From an uncultured bacterium (GTDB lineage Bacteria; Omnitrophota; Omnitrophia; Omnitrophales; Aquincolibacteriaceae), in the NCBI GenBank assembly GCA_964434115.1, contig CAYSSX010000002.1, positions 9,680-73,679 on the forward strand: a DNA stretch of 64,000 bases, written 5' to 3'. Below the pieces are notes generated by a model. That model was not told the DNA's origin. It saw only the letters and a list, made by a program, of their open reading frames with translations, and did no database searches. The first letter of the stretch is position 1; each line of letters begins with the position of its first letter. The translations under genes were made by a program, and so were the position numbers. Shown here piece after piece: positions 20,271 to 28,833 of this stretch.

Positions 20271-21490
20271 GAATGATAAATCGCTTTAACAGGTTCCATC
20301 CGCCCCGCTTTCCAGGCCGGATAAAGACTGATCAGGGTTGTTAAACTGAGAAGCGTTAAAACCGATTGGATGACGTGTGCGGGTTCAACCCGTGTATAGG
20401 TGACAGTGCTCATGTAGGAGCGCGAGAAAGCGGCCTCAAGCTCGGGAAAGGCAATGCCGGTGACACCGAAGTAGCCCACGACCGAATAACCGGCGAGAAG
20501 CCCCAAAAGAATGCCCCAGCATTCGAGAACAATAGTTTCAAGAAGAATGAGCCCGATGATGCGGCCCGGGCTTGTCCCTAGCGCGAGCATAACACCGATC
20601 TCACGGGTTCTTTCAAAAACAGACATCAGAACCGTATTCATGATGCTGACGCCAATCACCACCATGACCGCGACGAGAATGGTTTTGATAATGGCTTCCG
20701 CCCACTGGGCCCACTGTTCCACTTCCGGTACAATTTGATCCCAGGTTAAAAGCTCATAATCTTTTTCACTGACAAAGGGACGGAACGCTTTAATAAAGGC
20801 GCTGATATGTTTTCTCGAATCCAGGCGAAAGACCATTTCATGAGTGTCCTGGCCAAGCCCCAGCAATTCCTGCGCGGATTCCAGCGTGATGTAGGCGGCG
20901 ATCTCATCCACCTGCTGGCTGCCGGTGTGAAGAATTCCGGCAATGTGATAAGAGTAGCCCGCCAGAGTTCCGTCCAAGGCTTGGGTCATGACGACCAGTT
21001 TGTCGCCCACGCCCGCTTCCATGCGCTTGGCAAGCCTTGAACCGATGAGGATAGAGCGCTTGTCCTCCTTTGTTAAGTAGGCGCCTTCCCGGACATACTG
21101 TTCAAGCTGGGTGACTTTCTTTTCCTGATCCGGATCGATTCCCATGAGAAGAACCCCGCGGGAACGTTCACTGGTCCCTAAAAGCGCCTCGCATTTCGCG
21201 CGTTCCGTGTAGGTTACAAAACCCGGAAGTTTTGAGGCGTTTTTGAGAAGGGCCTCACGGTTTGGAATAATCAGTTCGGGTGAAAGGGCTTTTTCAAAAC
21301 CCGCGGCGTGAACTTGGACGTGGCCGGTATAGAGGCGTATGACATTCTCACGCATTTGTTCATTGGTACCGTCGCTGAAACCCCACAGGAAGATCAGGGC
21401 GGCAAGGCCAACGCCCACGGCAAGAACCGTGATCACGGAACGCCGGGGGTTACGGCCGATGTTTAAAAACGCGAGTTTGAGTAAAAACAT
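20267..21490 (-). CDS. FtsX/MacB/LolCE-family ABC transporter permease
   Basis: N-terminal TM, large periplasmic domain, three C-terminal TM helices. 407 aa, typical of LolC/E-MacB permeases. Confidence 0.8.
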   Translation of the reverse strand: MFLLKLAFLNIGRNPRRSVITVLAVGVGLAALIFLWGFSDGTNEQMRENVIRLYTGHVQVHAAGFEKALSPELIIPNREALLKNASKLPGFVTYTERAKCEALLGTSERSRGVLLMGIDPDQEKKVTQLEQYVREGAYLTKEDKRSILIGSRLAKRMEAGVGDKLVVMTQALDGTLAGYSYHIAGILHTGSQQVDEIAAYITLESAQELLGLGQDTHEMVFRLDSRKHISAFIKAFRPFVSEKDYELLTWDQIVPEVEQWAQWAEAIIKTILVAVMVVIGVSIMNTVLMSVFERTREIGVMLALGTSPGRIIGLILLETIVLECWGILLGLLAGYSVVGYFGVTGIAFPELEAAFSRSYMSTVTYTRVEPAHVIQSVLTLLSLTTLISLYPAWKAGRMEPVKAIYHS

Positions 21491-22425
21491 CAGGGGTATT
21501 TTTCAAGGTTTGACTTCGTGAAAAGGGAATCAGGGATTTCTTGATCAAAGGCGGCTTCCTGAATCGTGACGGTGGTGGAGCGGTCCTTATCCTTGTGATT
21601 GGACATCTTCCACACGGTCGGGATCTCATGAGTTCCGAAAGATTTGAAATCAGAATATTCCAAGGTCCGGATGTGAACGAGCTTTTCATTAAAAAAGTCC
21701 CAGCGTACAGGCGCGGAATCTTTTTGCCGGAGCCACACCACGAGCTTTCCGTAAGTGACAGGAGCATCGGGTTTGGGAATGAGTTCAAGGCGGTAGCAGT
21801 CAAACCCATCGATCTTTTCTTCCCCGGCAACGGAACCGTCATAATCGCGGGGCATATAGCTCAGCTTCACAAAATCATCATTGGAGAAGTCGCTGCCCAT
21901 AAAATCATCAAGCATGAGTGACGGGGGGATAAGGATGGTGCGCTCCGCAGACGGCAGGTATTGCCATAGCCGTGACTGAACTCTGAGAAAGCCCTGGCCT
22001 TCCGACTTGGAAGGGGAGAGAACGCGCGCAAATGTATAATCGATGCCCTTCATCCAGACCCGGATTTTGTAATCACGCTCCCAGCGCGAAGTCTTCACGT
22101 GAAGAACAACCGTCATGTCATGCGATTTTCCGCGGAGAACCTCGTCCATTTGAGCCAAAAGTATCTTTATGTCCGGCTGCGGCTCTGCGGCAGAGGCCGT
22201 GTCTTGGGTGCTCAAGACAGGCGCATTTGGGGTAACAAGGCTGCTTTCCAAAGCAACAGCCTTAGCCTCCGGCTCTGTTTGAACCGGAGCTTGAGATTGC
22301 GTTGGAGCTGGAGCCGCCGGTGTCGGCGGAACCGGAAGAGGCTGCTGTGGCGGACGACGGAAATAAAAAAAACAGGCCGCAGCAATAGCGGCTAAGACGG
22401 CTAGCAGTAACCAATTTTTTTTCAT
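21490..22425 (-). CDS. Periplasmic LolA-like (outer-membrane lipoprotein-sorting-like) protein with a Pro/Ala/Gln-rich linker
   Basis: Signal peptide, low-complexity PPQQPLPVPPTPAAPAPTQ linker, then a beta-rich domain resembling the LolA-like fold family. Overlaps neighbouring genes by 1-4 nt. Confidence 0.45.
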   Translation of the reverse strand: MKKNWLLLAVLAAIAAACFFYFRRPPQQPLPVPPTPAAPAPTQSQAPVQTEPEAKAVALESSLVTPNAPVLSTQDTASAAEPQPDIKILLAQMDEVLRGKSHDMTVVLHVKTSRWERDYKIRVWMKGIDYTFARVLSPSKSEGQGFLRVQSRLWQYLPSAERTILIPPSLMLDDFMGSDFSNDDFVKLSYMPRDYDGSVAGEEKIDGFDCYRLELIPKPDAPVTYGKLVVWLRQKDSAPVRWDFFNEKLVHIRTLEYSDFKSFGTHEIPTVWKMSNHKDKDRSTTVTIQEAAFDQEIPDSLFTKSNLEKYP

Positions 22426-23351
22426 AGGGCCGCCTCGACTTCCTTCTTAGTTTTTATAGAAGCCGCTTGAGAGACGGTTTTTTTTCGAGAGGGAAGGAAG
22501 AATTTTAGAACAATCCATTTTTTCAGGCGCATCAAGGGACTCCGCATACCCTGAGGGTAAGTTCTTATCACTGTTTTCTGGGTCATGAGGTCGGTTTGAT
22601 AAACCGTTGGAGCAAACGCTGTTTTTCTTTTGCCCGTCAGGTGTTTGACGGCTTCGGTTCCCGTAATAGCGCCGACCAGCATAAGCCCCGGCGAAACACT
22701 TGAGGCGCGCCGGCTTCCGAGCTCGGAAGCGCGCGAGTTCATATAAGACAGGCACAGAGGGGTTGGGGACAGGCCGAAGGCGAAAGCGAAATTTTTATCC
22801 TCTTCCGAAAGTCCGGGGCGAAAGTCAAAGTACTCTTCAAAGGTCATACCTTGCGGAGAAAAAACAAGGAGCGAAGCGCCGAACCCGAGCGGACAAGAGG
22901 TGATAACAGTAAGCCCCTTTTCGCGGCTCTTGCGAAACAGAAGAAGTTTGGCCTCGAGCGCGAAAAAGTCGATGCCATCAATAACGAGGTCGGAGCCGTC
23001 AAGAAAAGAGCTGATGTTTTTCTCGTGGACACCTTCCGGAAAAAGTTCGACGTCAGCTTCAGGGTTAATGGAGAGGACCATGTCCCGAAGAACCGCGACT
23101 TTGGATTTTCCCAAAGAATCATGCGTTGCGCCGATTTGGCGGTTCAGGTTGGTCAATTCGAAGACGTCAGGGTCCGCGAATTTAAAGCGTGTGATTCCGA
23201 GGCGGGCCAAGGCCTGGGCCTGAAAACCGCCCGCTCCACCAAGTCCCGCAATGGCCACCGTGGACTGCCTTAACTTGGCCTGTTCTTCGTTGGTCAGCCA
23301 GCCAAGATTACGGTCAAAGGCCTGATCATAATCAAAAACTCCGGCAGGCAC
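22422..23351 (-). CDS. ThiF/MoeB/MccB-type E1-like adenylyltransferase
   Basis: IAGLGGAGG nucleotide-binding loop, NLNRQ catalytic motif, DxD region (LVIDGIDFF). C-terminal about 130 aa of unknown function. No CxxC pairs. Confidence 0.75.
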   Translation of the reverse strand: MPAGVFDYDQAFDRNLGWLTNEEQAKLRQSTVAIAGLGGAGGFQAQALARLGITRFKFADPDVFELTNLNRQIGATHDSLGKSKVAVLRDMVLSINPEADVELFPEGVHEKNISSFLDGSDLVIDGIDFFALEAKLLLFRKSREKGLTVITSCPLGFGASLLVFSPQGMTFEEYFDFRPGLSEEDKNFAFAFGLSPTPLCLSYMNSRASELGSRRASSVSPGLMLVGAITGTEAVKHLTGKRKTAFAPTVYQTDLMTQKTVIRTYPQGMRSPLMRLKKWIVLKFFLPSRKKTVSQAASIKTKKEVEAAL

Positions 23352-23439
23352 TGTGGTCTCCTTTAAATTAGGTATCGCAAAACGAAGCTTTAAAAAACAA
23401 AAAAGGACATTTGATAGCTTAAGGCAAGAGCCTTAATTG

Positions 23440-24576
23440 TCAATCCTTGTTTCCCATGTGCAAGCTCTCCTCAGGAAGTAAAAAACTTTCAAGAGGCCGT
23501 CTGAGGGAGCGGCCTCCAGCGGGAGAGGCATAGCCGATGCGGAAAAGCAGGATAAGTCCTTGCCAGGGTTTTAATCCAAAAAGGTAAGAGAACCGCGATT
23601 TCATGTTTTCCAGTTTTTTGCGTTGCTCGCCGGAAAGATCACGGCCATTGGTCAGCTCTGAATTAATCAGAAAAATAGGCAAAGCTTCCATGGGTTGAAA
23701 TGCAAGCCCTTGGGCTGTGGCTTCATGCCAGATGCGCTGCATGACTTCACCGCCCTGGACATAATGCTCCGGTGCTTTTCCGGGTGCCACAATAAGTCCG
23801 CAGGCCTGCGATGAGAGCATTTGCATCTTGGCGTAGAGATTAAAGGAAAAACTCATTCCCAAAGCGTTCAGGAATTGCAGGCGGTTCCAGGACCGGAGAA
23901 GCCCGAACATGAGACCCGCAGAAGGGCCGGCATCAAGACTCGTTAGCGGAAGCCCGTCACGTGTTTCCTCGGCCTCTTTATCCGAGAAGCGCATGACCTT
24001 CATAAGTTCCTGGTGAAGACGGAAAATCTCAAAACGAAGCTGGTCCGCTTCCCCGATTAAGGAGGCCATATCCCGGTAATGCGCAGTTCCTTGTTTTAGC
24101 CAGAGCAGCCGGTAACCGCGGTTGGGGTCCGATTGATTTTCCAAGGCCCGGAACACCGGGTCCGGAAGCGGAGCGGAAGACTTATAAAATTTACGGTTGG
24201 TGTGCCGCTTTTCCAGGAATTGCAAATGCGGGTGCTTATGCGCAGCGCCCGGCAGCCATTCCACGTGAATGGGTTTTAGGGGATGGTCCGTTTCCGGAAA
24301 ATAGTCGGCCCGGATGCCTGCTCCGAAAGCAGAAGCCGCAACGCGGATATTTTCAACAACTGCCCCCGCCGAAAGGTAAGGAGCCGCGTAACCCTCATCG
24401 CAGTAACTGGCAAGCAGTTCGGGATTCAGGAAAAGATCGACCCCGTTTTCAAGAATCCGGAATTTCCACGGCTGGAGGTTGTCGGCCGAAGGTGCCAAAA
24501 TACCTTTTTTTAAAATATCCAGAACCTGATTCCGGGTCAGCTTTGCATGCGCCGTTTTTTGAACTTCAGGAGTCAT
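23440..24576 (-). CDS. Two-domain nitroreductase-superfamily (FMN) protein, SagB-like dehydrogenase
   Basis: N-terminal APSADNLQPWKF nitroreductase signature. Second repeat begins at EKRHTNRKFY. 378 aa. Confidence 0.65.
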   Translation of the reverse strand: MTPEVQKTAHAKLTRNQVLDILKKGILAPSADNLQPWKFRILENGVDLFLNPELLASYCDEGYAAPYLSAGAVVENIRVAASAFGAGIRADYFPETDHPLKPIHVEWLPGAAHKHPHLQFLEKRHTNRKFYKSSAPLPDPVFRALENQSDPNRGYRLLWLKQGTAHYRDMASLIGEADQLRFEIFRLHQELMKVMRFSDKEAEETRDGLPLTSLDAGPSAGLMFGLLRSWNRLQFLNALGMSFSFNLYAKMQMLSSQACGLIVAPGKAPEHYVQGGEVMQRIWHEATAQGLAFQPMEALPIFLINSELTNGRDLSGEQRKKLENMKSRFSYLFGLKPWQGLILLFRIGYASPAGGRSLRRPLESFLLPEESLHMGNKD

Positions 24577-25832
24577 TAGGCCGCGCCCTCTTTTTTGACA
24601 TCGGTTGATTTTTCAGGGAAATCCAGGTCCGGGTAAAGCGATTGAAGAACGGCTTTATTTTTCTGAATAAGGTCCTGCTTGATGACACCCTCGAAAAGGT
24701 ATTTCGAAAACAAATCCGTGTCCCACGTCAGGTACCGGCCCAGCTCTTCAGGCGACATGGGATTGTTCAGAAAGTACAGGCCTGCCCCCTTGTGAATAGA
24801 CGCTGTCCGGATAACGTAATCAAGGTCCATGTGCATGAGAAGCGCGGGTTTTCCCTGAGCGCCCGGGTAAGAGCGCACAGGCCCCACGGCATCAAAATGC
24901 AGATAGCGGTAAAGGTCTTTGTGCTTGGGATGCATTCCGATCACGAGGTCGGTGATGCCGCCCATAGTTCTCGCATAATCAAAAAGAATTTTGAACATCC
25001 GGAAAGAGCCGGTTAATTTCTGGAAATCCGTGAGCGAGAAAGAATGGCGGGTGAAGGCCTCACCGTCAAGCGCAAGAAGTCCTACTTCGGCAAGCCTTCT
25101 GCCGGGTTTTCTCAGAGAAGCGATTTCCTCAGGGAAAATGGATTCGAGCGGCAGCCCGCAGCCAGAGTCGGTAATAAGGCTCACCGTGCCCGCAAGATTT
25201 CCATTTTTTTCGAGAAGGAAAGTCCGCGACTCCGGAAGAATACTGTAAAGCGAGTAGTGGAGGCCGCGTGAATTTTGAGCGCAGTAATTCTTCAGACGGT
25301 ATTCCCTGTAAACCAGCTCATAGGCCTTTTGAAGTTCTTCGGAAGTGACCGCTGTTCTGCAGCCGAAATTTTTCTCATTGCGTTCTGCCAGGCTGCAAAT
25401 TTTGTCAGCCATGAAATACATGATTTTTTCTTTATTGGAAAGCTGGCGAAGATTTTTAAATGCGATTCCGCATTCCATGGCCGTTTGGCCGTTGGATGAG
25501 GGATTGGCCCACACGATGACGCCTTCGAGACGCACGGTTTTTTCAATTTCCGGAAGTTTAATGTCGAGATCTACCTGGGTGCCGACAGCAACTTTGCGGT
25601 CGAGTGCGAGGCGGACTCCGTTCCGGGAGACATCGATCGAATGGGAATGAAACCAGGGAAAATTTGCGCCCTTGGGGCGGTACCGTACGGGAAGACTGAA
25701 AGAGATGCGTGCTTCCCGGCGTTTTTCAAGAAGCGGGTCAACACTTACAGGGGCAGGCTGGGTTTGACCAAAAACATTGTCTTCCAAAATCCCGATGCCC
25801 AGTTCCCAGTTCCACGCGGTGCTCAGTTTCAT
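24576..25832 (-). CDS. PilZ domain fused to GNAT-fold N-acyl amino acid synthase-like domain (FeeM/OlsB-like)
   Basis: PilZ motifs RREAR (RxxxR) and DVSRNG (DxSxxG). C-terminal about 250 aa has an N-acyltransferase-like pattern (YELVYREYRL.., acyl-HSL-synthase-like fold). First gene of the operon. Confidence 0.5.
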   Translation of the reverse strand: MKLSTAWNWELGIGILEDNVFGQTQPAPVSVDPLLEKRREARISFSLPVRYRPKGANFPWFHSHSIDVSRNGVRLALDRKVAVGTQVDLDIKLPEIEKTVRLEGVIVWANPSSNGQTAMECGIAFKNLRQLSNKEKIMYFMADKICSLAERNEKNFGCRTAVTSEELQKAYELVYREYRLKNYCAQNSRGLHYSLYSILPESRTFLLEKNGNLAGTVSLITDSGCGLPLESIFPEEIASLRKPGRRLAEVGLLALDGEAFTRHSFSLTDFQKLTGSFRMFKILFDYARTMGGITDLVIGMHPKHKDLYRYLHFDAVGPVRSYPGAQGKPALLMHMDLDYVIRTASIHKGAGLYFLNNPMSPEELGRYLTWDTDLFSKYLFEGVIKQDLIQKNKAVLQSLYPDLDFPEKSTDVKKEGAA

Positions 25833-26036
25833 GAAACCTCATTATCGGGTTCAGGGGGTTGAACGTCCCACAGGTCGCGGTTCACAAAGCGCTCAAAAGC
25901 TCCAAAACACACTTTTCTTGCTAAACTTAAGTCTACCCGCCCCTATTAGTTAATACAAGGAAGGGCCAAGGAAAAGACCTGGAGGTTGCATCTTGCATCC
26001 AGAATTGCTATTTTGAGCCATAAAAACCAGGAAATC

Positions 26037-26978
26037 ATGCCCCAAAACACCCTGAAAAACGCGCCCTATCTAAGAGCCAAAGAGACTTCCAGCCTTATGG
26101 CCTGGAAGAAAACAGCGGCCCTTCTGCCGCTCGTGGCAACGGCTGTTATCTTTTACCGGCTTCCGGGAATTTTGCTGATTTCAACGACCGTCATTTCAGC
26201 CTTGCTGGCGGAACGAATTTCCCGTTTTTATCTTCGGGCCAAGCCGTCTTTTCAAGATGGAAACTCTGTTTTAACCGGGCTTATTGTCGCATTGGTGGTT
26301 CCGGCGGGGCTTCCTCTTTGGATTGCTGCTTTGGGTGCGTTTATAGCCGTGGCCATCGGGAGTGAAGTCCTGGGAGGCCCTGGGCATTCCCCGCTGCCGC
26401 CGGCCATCACGGGATATCTTTTTCTCCTGGTGAGTTTTCCATTAGCCATGAGGCATTCCTTGGAACCCGGGTTTTTGGAGCCGGCAGCAATGCCTCTTGT
26501 CTGGCTGAAAGAAGGTGCCTTAGATGCTTTACCTGGTTGGGGTGAGATTCTTGCGCGGCCTATTGCAGGACCGATCGGAACTGTTTTTTTTCCAGCGCTG
26601 CTGATCAGCGCCGCCATTCTTATTTCTCAGCGGCTCATTTTTTGGGAAATGCCTTTTCTCTATCTTGCCGCAGCAGGCCTTGCGGCTTTTGGTTTTGGAG
26701 AAGATCCTATTTTAGTTCTCTTTTTGGGCCTGCCGATTTTTGCCGCGTTTTTTATTATTCCGGAGTCTCTGACCGCGCCGCATCACCGCCACAGTGTCCG
26801 TTTTTTCGCATTGTTTGCCGGTGTTTTAACTACGGTTCTTCGGCATGTCTCTTTCGCGTTTGATCCCGCGCTGTCGGCGATTTTTCTTTGCTCTTTCTTG
26901 GCCTCTTGGCTGGATGAAGCAGGACGTCCCGAACCGCGTAAACCGCGCCAGATATCCGGAGCAGAAAAGCCGGCATGA
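26037..26978 (+). CDS. RnfD/NqrB-like membrane subunit lacking the covalent-FMN threonine motif
   Basis: Aligns well to RnfD (LTGLIVALVVPAGLPLWIAALGAFIAVAIG.., ..ESLTAPHHRHSVRFFALFAG..). The position of the canonical SGAT reads GLPI. Start ATG 26037 with an AGGA upstream. Confidence 0.7.
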   Translation: MPQNTLKNAPYLRAKETSSLMAWKKTAALLPLVATAVIFYRLPGILLISTTVISALLAERISRFYLRAKPSFQDGNSVLTGLIVALVVPAGLPLWIAALGAFIAVAIGSEVLGGPGHSPLPPAITGYLFLLVSFPLAMRHSLEPGFLEPAAMPLVWLKEGALDALPGWGEILARPIAGPIGTVFFPALLISAAILISQRLIFWEMPFLYLAAAGLAAFGFGEDPILVLFLGLPIFAAFFIIPESLTAPHHRHSVRFFALFAGVLTTVLRHVSFAFDPALSAIFLCSFLASWLDEAGRPEPRKPRQISGAEKPA

Positions 26979-27700
26979 AGACAAAACGGAGAGAAAGTTT
27001 TTTAAAAGCAGTTTTTTTTGTGCTGTACCTGGCGGTTCTTTCTGCGGGCATTCTGGCTTCCCGGATGTTTGCCCTTCCTGAAAGGGCTCCCGTCTCTTCG
27101 GAATTGGCATGGAAAGAGGGTGTGAAAGAACTGCTTCCAGCGCATGACAACTCTCCCCTGAAGGATGTCTTTTCTCTTGATGGCCGGGAAGTGTTCCCGG
27201 CTTTTCAGATCAAAGCCCATGAGGATGACGAGGGGCAGCTGCTTGAATTTTTTGACCTTAAGGGCGTTGCCTTTCGTGTTGAAGGGAAGGGGCCTTACGG
27301 CAGCTACGACTTGCTGCTAGGAATCGACACCGAAGGACGTGTGAAAGGCGTTCGCTTGATACGGCAGAATGAACCGCGCGGGGTCAGCCTGGCGGTTGAA
27401 AAATCGGCGGCTTTTTGGGAAAGTTTTAAAGATAAAAGCCGGGAGGATTTGTCGCTCCTCATGGATGGCGGAAAAATTGTGCCGGTTCTTGGAGCCGTGG
27501 AAGTGTCCCGCCGTTATACGGAAGCGATTAAAGAGGAGATTGAAAAATACCTTGCGGCAAAGCAGGTTTGGAAAGAGCAGGCTATGGGCTCCCGCCGCTC
27601 TTTCGAAGATCTCAAAAAACTTGAAGACGCCGAAAGCCAGCCGGTTCCGGCAAACCCCGAGGAAGGAAACAATGAAGCTTTTCTCTCCCGAGTATTCTGA
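26975..27700 (+). CDS. RnfG/NqrC-like FMN_bind domain protein (flavinylation Thr replaced)
   Basis: N-terminal TM plus periplasmic FMN_bind-like domain. The canonical S/TGAT region reads LGAVEVS. Overlaps rnfD and rnfE-like genes. Confidence 0.5.
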   Translation: MKTKRRESFLKAVFFVLYLAVLSAGILASRMFALPERAPVSSELAWKEGVKELLPAHDNSPLKDVFSLDGREVFPAFQIKAHEDDEGQLLEFFDLKGVAFRVEGKGPYGSYDLLLGIDTEGRVKGVRLIRQNEPRGVSLAVEKSAAFWESFKDKSREDLSLLMDGGKIVPVLGAVEVSRRYTEAIKEEIEKYLAAKQVWKEQAMGSRRSFEDLKKLEDAESQPVPANPEEGNNEAFLSRVF

Positions 27701-28208
27701 CAATTCAGCCTCAAGGGTTTTTTTGGCCTGCGCTCCCGTGTTGTTCTTTACGGGCAGCCCGGGGGAGTCCCTCTGGCTGAGTCTCTGGATTGCGTGTGCC
27801 CTTCTCGGGATGGTTTTATTTTTTACGCTGACGGCCTTTTGGTTTTCCGCCAAAGTCCGGCAGACAGCTTTCTTTCTGGGACTCGCCGTCGTTGTGCAGT
27901 GCCTGTTTCGGATCCAGGGACTTCATCCCGTGCTGATCGCGAGTCTTTTTCTTTTGATGCCAGCGCGCCTTTTTTCTTCGGGGCAAAGAGTTCCGGTGCT
28001 CAGGCAGTCCTTTTTAAGAGCACTTTTTTTTGTCGTGGTCATGGGGCTCATCGGCGCCTTTCGGGAACTTCTTGGGGAGCGCTTTTTGGTGTGGTCTTTC
28101 CGGCTTCCCGCCGGGGCGTTTTTTCTTCTGTTTGCCGGCGCCTTTCTTTGGAAAAATCAGCCTGCGTTGAGCGGCGCAGAGAGTTCGAATCGGGAGGTCC
28201 GGGCATGA
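27672..28208 (+). CDS. RnfE/NqrD-like membrane subunit
   Basis: LxxCPxL-like N-terminal motif (RVFLACAPVLF), six TM segments. Internal ATG of ORF 27369..28208. Confidence 0.5.
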   Translation: MKLFSPEYSDNSASRVFLACAPVLFFTGSPGESLWLSLWIACALLGMVLFFTLTAFWFSAKVRQTAFFLGLAVVVQCLFRIQGLHPVLIASLFLLMPARLFSSGQRVPVLRQSFLRALFFVVVMGLIGAFRELLGERFLVWSFRLPAGAFFLLFAGAFLWKNQPALSGAESSNREVRA

Positions 28209-28720
28209 GCGAAGAAGTTTTTTTAATCATTGCCGCCGGTTTCTTTCTTTCTCTGGAGCCTGGTTCTGAACTCGGGACACCCCGGTGGACGCTGATTCTT
28301 CAGAACCGTTTCTGTGAAGCCGTTGAGATTTTTTTACATGCGGCGGTCTTAATCCTTTTTCACGAACGCTTAATCAGTCTTTTGGGGGCTGAAGAAATCC
28401 GCACCTTTTTCCCGCTTTTTTATATGCTGGGAGCCTATGTTTTTGTTCTCCTGAGAGCTAAAAGCGCGCGGTTCCTCATGCTTTCCTGGATGACCGGTCT
28501 TTTTTTTACGGGGAACCATGCCGGCCTTCGTGAGACCCTCCAGCACCTTGCAGTGATGACTGCGGCGTCCGGCGCTTCGGCCTTGCTTTTATTGTGTGCT
28601 CAAAGGCGTCAGATTTTCTCCCGCGTTCCGGCGGTGGTGAAAGGACTCCCCCAGATCTTCCTTTTGGCGGCGTTTCTCGCCCTCGCCCTCGGATCCCTTG
28701 AGGGCTTCCTCGGTTTTTAA
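28205..28720 (+). CDS. RnfA/NqrE-like membrane subunit
   Basis: Paralog of the preceding gene, hydrophobic 171 aa. Internal ATG of ORF 27794..28720 overlapping the previous stop (ATGA). Confidence 0.5.
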   Translation: MSEEVFLIIAAGFFLSLEPGSELGTPRWTLILQNRFCEAVEIFLHAAVLILFHERLISLLGAEEIRTFFPLFYMLGAYVFVLLRAKSARFLMLSWMTGLFFTGNHAGLRETLQHLAVMTAASGASALLLLCAQRRQIFSRVPAVVKGLPQIFLLAAFLALALGSLEGFLGF

Positions 28721-28764
28721 TCTTCAAACTTTTCCTTTCAAAGCCGTAAACCTAGCATAGCCCT

Positions 28765-28797
28765 TCTCTGCTGGAGAGAGCTGGTTTTCTTTTTTCC
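28765..28797 (+). terminator. Possible rho-independent terminator after the rnfA-like gene
   Basis: TCTCT/AGAGA hairpin followed by a GCTGGTTTTCTTTTTTCC T-rich tract. Weak. Confidence 0.25.
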
Positions 28798-28833
28798 GCA
28801 ATGGGATGCTAAACTTCTGATACGGAGCAAATC

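Noticed and set aside
25833-26036. Search for a RiPP-like precursor peptide upstream of the PilZ-acyltransferase operon
   Set aside because: Only 13-21 codon ORFs without an RBS (for example MQDATSRSFPWPFLVLTNRGG) were found, and no Gly-Gly or leader-like features.
28178-28195. GAGTTCGAATC tRNA T-loop-like motif
   Set aside because: Flanking bases cannot form a T-stem (GAGAG versus CGGGA), no acceptor or anticodon arms are present, and it lies inside the rnfE-like coding sequence.
27369-28720. Long overlapping ORFs 27369..28208 and 27794..28720 read as single large proteins
   Set aside because: Their 5' halves overlap the rnfG-like gene and each other in other frames. Internal ATGs (27672 and 28205) give RnfE/RnfA-sized products with the LxxCPxL-like N-terminus and standard ATGA coupling.
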